This document shows, piece by piece, positions 61,011 through 64,000 of a DNA stretch of 64,000 bases (position 1 is its first letter; each line of letters starts with the position of its first letter). The notes under the pieces were generated by a model. That model saw only the letters and a list, made by a program, of their open reading frames with translations, was not told where the DNA came from and did no database searches. The position numbers and the translations under genes were made by a program. The DNA is from an uncultured delta proteobacterium. Its GTDB lineage: Bacteria > Myxococcota_A > Polyangia > Fen-1088. The stretch is taken from the NCBI GenBank assembly GCA_963755125.1, contig CAVWIP010000014.1:1-64000 (forward strand), written 5' to 3'.

Positions 61011-61182
61011 CCGTATTCTTTCGCCTAGTGCCGCCGGTCAGCTAGCGCACCGAAGGCTCGAGCACGGTCAAACGGGCGAAAGAGGCGCGGCGCACGACAT
61101 GACTGTCAGAGTTTGGTCGCAGGCGTCCATCCGGCTGGCCGAGTGATCGCAATCGACGATCGGCAGGTGCTGTTCCGGCGCC

Positions 61183-63021
61183 TTACGAGCCGACCACCTT
61201 GAGCATCGTCACGCCGTGCGATGGCACCGTGGCCGTGTACTGGGTGGCCGTGGAACCGAGATCCGTGTGGGACCAGAGGTCGCGCACAGTGGCGGAGGTG
61301 GAGGTCATTCCCAGGCTGGCCCAGGTCACTGTGATGGCGGCGCTGGCTGTGGTCCGATTGAACAAGACCACGGCATAGGTCTGATCTTCCGAAAGCTTTT
61401 TCGACCACACTTCCAGCGTCGTGCTGGTGCTAATGGGCTTGCCCTGGATACCAAGCGGATCTTGGTCGACGGCAATGACGTCGGCATTGGTCAGGATGTT
61501 CGCGGTTGACGCTGTCATGCTCCTGATGTCGTTGCCGGCGATCAAGGGCGCGGCCATGATGGCCCACAAACTGAAGTGAGACTGGTACTCCGCGTCGGTC
61601 ATTCCTCCGTTGCCCACTTCGAGCATGTCGGGGTCGTTCCAGTGCCCCGGACTGGCATACTGGGCAATCCCGGGTGAACCGTAGTTGGCATCGCTGTAGC
61701 GAGGCGTCCAGCCGCCGTTCGCGTCGAGGTTTGCGGTGAAGCTGGCCCAGGTGTCTTTGATGTCACCGGTTGTCCGCCAGAGCTGACCGATGCTTGTTTC
61801 CCAAGTGTAGAACCACCAGGCGCAGATGCTGAACACGATGGGACGCCCCGACGCTTTCAGGGCATTGGACATGTTTGTGTAGTCCGTCTGCATGTTCGAA
61901 CCCGTGGCGGGACTGCAGTTGTCGTACTTCAGGTAGTCCACGCCCCACGAGGCGTAGGTCTGCGCATCCTGTGTCTCATGACCATAGGAGCCTGGACGGC
62001 CGGAACAGGTCTGCGTGCCGCGGTCGGAGTACAGACCAAGTTTCAGTCCCTTGCCGTGCACATAGTCGGCGAGGGCTTTCATGCCGTTCGGGAACTTGGT
62101 GCCGTCGGGCACGATGTTGCCGCTCGAGTCGCGGCTGGTGGCCTGCCACATGTCATCGATGTTGATGAATTGGTAGCCGGCAGCCTGCATGCCGGTCGAT
62201 ACCATCGCATCTGCGATTCCCCTCACCAGGGTGTCCGTGATGCTGCCGCCGAACTTGTTCCAGCTATTCCAGCCCATGGGAGGCGTGGCCGCGAGGGCGC
62301 CACTCGCGGCCGTACCCGCCGAGCCTGCGGTGCCTCCGGTCGCGCCTCCGCTTGCAGTTGTGCCGCCGAGGACTGTGCCTGCGGTCGCGGTCCCGCCCGC
62401 AGCCGAGCCGCCGGTCGCTCTGCCGCCGGTGCCCGAGCCTCCGGTTGTGCTGCCACCGGTCGCCCTGCCACCAGGACCGGAACCACCGATTGCGCTGCCG
62501 CCAATCGCGCTACCGCCGGTGGCTCTGCCGCCGGTGCCAGAGCCGCCAGTCGTGCTGCTGGCCGTCGTGTCGCCTCCGGTGGTGCTGCCCCCCGTGGCCT
62601 CGCCGCCTGCTGGCCTGCCGCCAGTACTGGACGCGCCGCCGGTGCCCGTGCCTCCTGATGCCTGACTCGTACCGCCGGTAGGAATGCCGCCAACCGGTTC
62701 ACCGCCGGTGGCACTTCCGCCGGTCGTCTGAGGAGTGCTCGTGCTACCACCAGTCACGGAACCGCCCGTGACACCGCCAATCGTTGCCTGGGGAGTGCCT
62801 ATGCTGCCGCCAGTCCCAGCACCTGACGTTCCGCTGCCGCCGGCCGGTTGCGTGCCGCCGGTGCCGACACTGGCCGGTGTTCCGCTGGAACACCCAGCCG
62901 CCAACAGAGCGCCTGCCAAGCAGACCAGAAGCCCTCCGCGCAAGAGAGAGTCGCATTTGTGCAGCTGCGAGCCCTGATGATGCTGGGGAAGCCCGCCTCG
63001 GTGAAATGTCATGTCCTGCAT
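61183..63021 (-). CDS. Glycoside hydrolase family 27 (alpha-galactosidase-like) lipoprotein with Gly/Thr linker
   Basis: TPPMGWNSWN, IDDMW, WGVDYLKYDNC, WRTTGDI, WNDPDMLEVG; AAGC lipobox; start uncertain. Confidence 0.93.
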   Translation of the reverse strand: MQDMTFHRGGLPQHHQGSQLHKCDSLLRGGLLVCLAGALLAAGCSSGTPASVGTGGTQPAGGSGTSGAGTGGSIGTPQATIGGVTGGSVTGGSTSTPQTTGGSATGGEPVGGIPTGGTSQASGGTGTGGASSTGGRPAGGEATGGSTTGGDTTASSTTGGSGTGGRATGGSAIGGSAIGGSGPGGRATGGSTTGGSGTGGRATGGSAAGGTATAGTVLGGTTASGGATGGTAGSAGTAASGALAATPPMGWNSWNKFGGSITDTLVRGIADAMVSTGMQAAGYQFINIDDMWQATSRDSSGNIVPDGTKFPNGMKALADYVHGKGLKLGLYSDRGTQTCSGRPGSYGHETQDAQTYASWGVDYLKYDNCSPATGSNMQTDYTNMSNALKASGRPIVFSICAWWFYTWETSIGQLWRTTGDIKDTWASFTANLDANGGWTPRYSDANYGSPGIAQYASPGHWNDPDMLEVGNGGMTDAEYQSHFSLWAIMAAPLIAGNDIRSMTASTANILTNADVIAVDQDPLGIQGKPISTSTTLEVWSKKLSEDQTYAVVLFNRTTASAAITVTWASLGMTSTSATVRDLWSHTDLGSTATQYTATVPSHGVTMLKVVGS

Positions 63022-63447
63022 GTCCTTTGTGGCTGGCAGCCAATTGTCACGGCGAGAAGCCCTTCTAGCGAGCGACGGTGCTCAAATAGTCTGCCTTGTT
63101 GCAGAGCAGCAAGTCAACCGACTCCGGCGAACAGTGCTCGCCTCTGCTTTCATAGGGTCCAGGGCGGCCAATAGCTTCAACCGAACCTGGTTGAGTTGCC
63201 GATCTTGGAGCATCGCGTCTTGGCCTCGCTGGACTTCAAGGATCCAAACGGCTCACGAAACTGAGCACGAATCTTCGGGAGGCGATTGAGCCGCGCTGCC
63301 CCGGGCATTGCCCGCACTTGACCCAAGCGACGCTATCGGCGACGCTGACGCCCGGATGAAGGCAAGGCATGTTCTGGGCAGAAACAGCCTTCTGTTTCCG
63401 CCTGGGATGTCCGCAACCGCGTTGCCGAGCTAGCGGAACGAGAAGAA

Positions 63448-64000
63448 ATGGTCGTCGACTCTCATCATCACTTCTGGCGTTACAACTCGGCCGAGTACGG
63501 CTGGATAGACGACAGCATGGCAGCGCTCCGGCGCGATTTTCTGCCCGCGGACTTGCGGCGAGAGATGGGGGCAGCAGGCGTCGACGCGGTTGTGAGCGTG
63601 CAGGCCCGCCAGAGCGTCGAGGAGACCCGCTGGTTGCTCGATTTTGCCGCACAGAACCCCTTCATCGCGGGTGTGGTGGGCTGGGTGCCCCTGGTGTCGC
63701 CGACGGTGGACGCGGATCTCGCGCGGTTCGCTGCCCATCCCAAGCTGGTAGCCATCCGTCACGTGCTGCAGGATGAACCTGATTCGCGCTTCATGCTGCG
63801 CGCGGATTTCCAAACGGGGATCCGGGCGCTGCGGGCCTTCAACCTGACCTACGACATTCTCATCTATGATCGACACCTGCCCCAGACCATCGAGTTTGTG
63901 GACCAGCATCCCGCGCAGCCCTTTGTCGTCGATCATATGGCCAAGCCTTCCATCAAGCAGGGCCTGATCGAGCCCTGGGCGCGCGGCATGCGCGAATTGG
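63448..64000 (+). CDS. Amidohydrolase family protein (L-fuconolactonase-like), runs off the window end
   Basis: MVVDSHHHFW, SVQARQS.EET.WLL, GVVGWV, IRHVLQDEPD, VDHMAKP. Confidence 0.88.
   Translation, partial: MVVDSHHHFWRYNSAEYGWIDDSMAALRRDFLPADLRREMGAAGVDAVVSVQARQSVEETRWLLDFAAQNPFIAGVVGWVPLVSPTVDADLARFAAHPKLVAIRHVLQDEPDSRFMLRADFQTGIRALRAFNLTYDILIYDRHLPQTIEFVDQHPAQPFVVDHMAKPSIKQGLIEPWARGMREL

Overview
A GC-rich window whose gene content (TIGR02266 PilZ-like protein, AgmX/PglI-type lipoprotein, DUF4388/TPR regulator, split b'-b-delta-alpha-gamma-beta-epsilon atp operon) suggests a myxobacterium-like (Myxococcota) host; this is inference. It contains two integration sites. (1) At left, an HTH plus tyrosine-integrase module abuts the 3' end of a one-piece tmRNA gene (ssrA, 6603-6957, minus strand). 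The integrase frame has no stop before the tmRNA and reads about 79 codons antisense into it, as in the Mx8 phage att-inside-int arrangement. The tmRNA carries the GGCAGUA T-loop regarded as an alphaproteobacterial signature. An IS66 and a nitroreductase lie further left as possible cargo. (2) After tRNA-Asn (37258-37329) there is a satellite- or prophage-like remnant (HTH, rep-like gene with iteron-like repeats, primase Zn-binding fragment). It is cut by an rve-type IS that also fuses in frame to a membrane-protein gene. The rest is mostly core genes: PrsW-like protease, ybjN-like/pspA, uppS-cdsA, RNase G/E, a THUMP methyltransferase, the atp genes with a bactofilin, hybrid kinases, ggt, hemG, topB, tsaE and several Gly/Ser/Thr-linker secreted lipoproteins. 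Two copies of a palindromic REP-like element are present. No CRISPR array, reverse transcriptase or recognisable defence system was seen. All family assignments come from motif recognition by eye; no searches were run.
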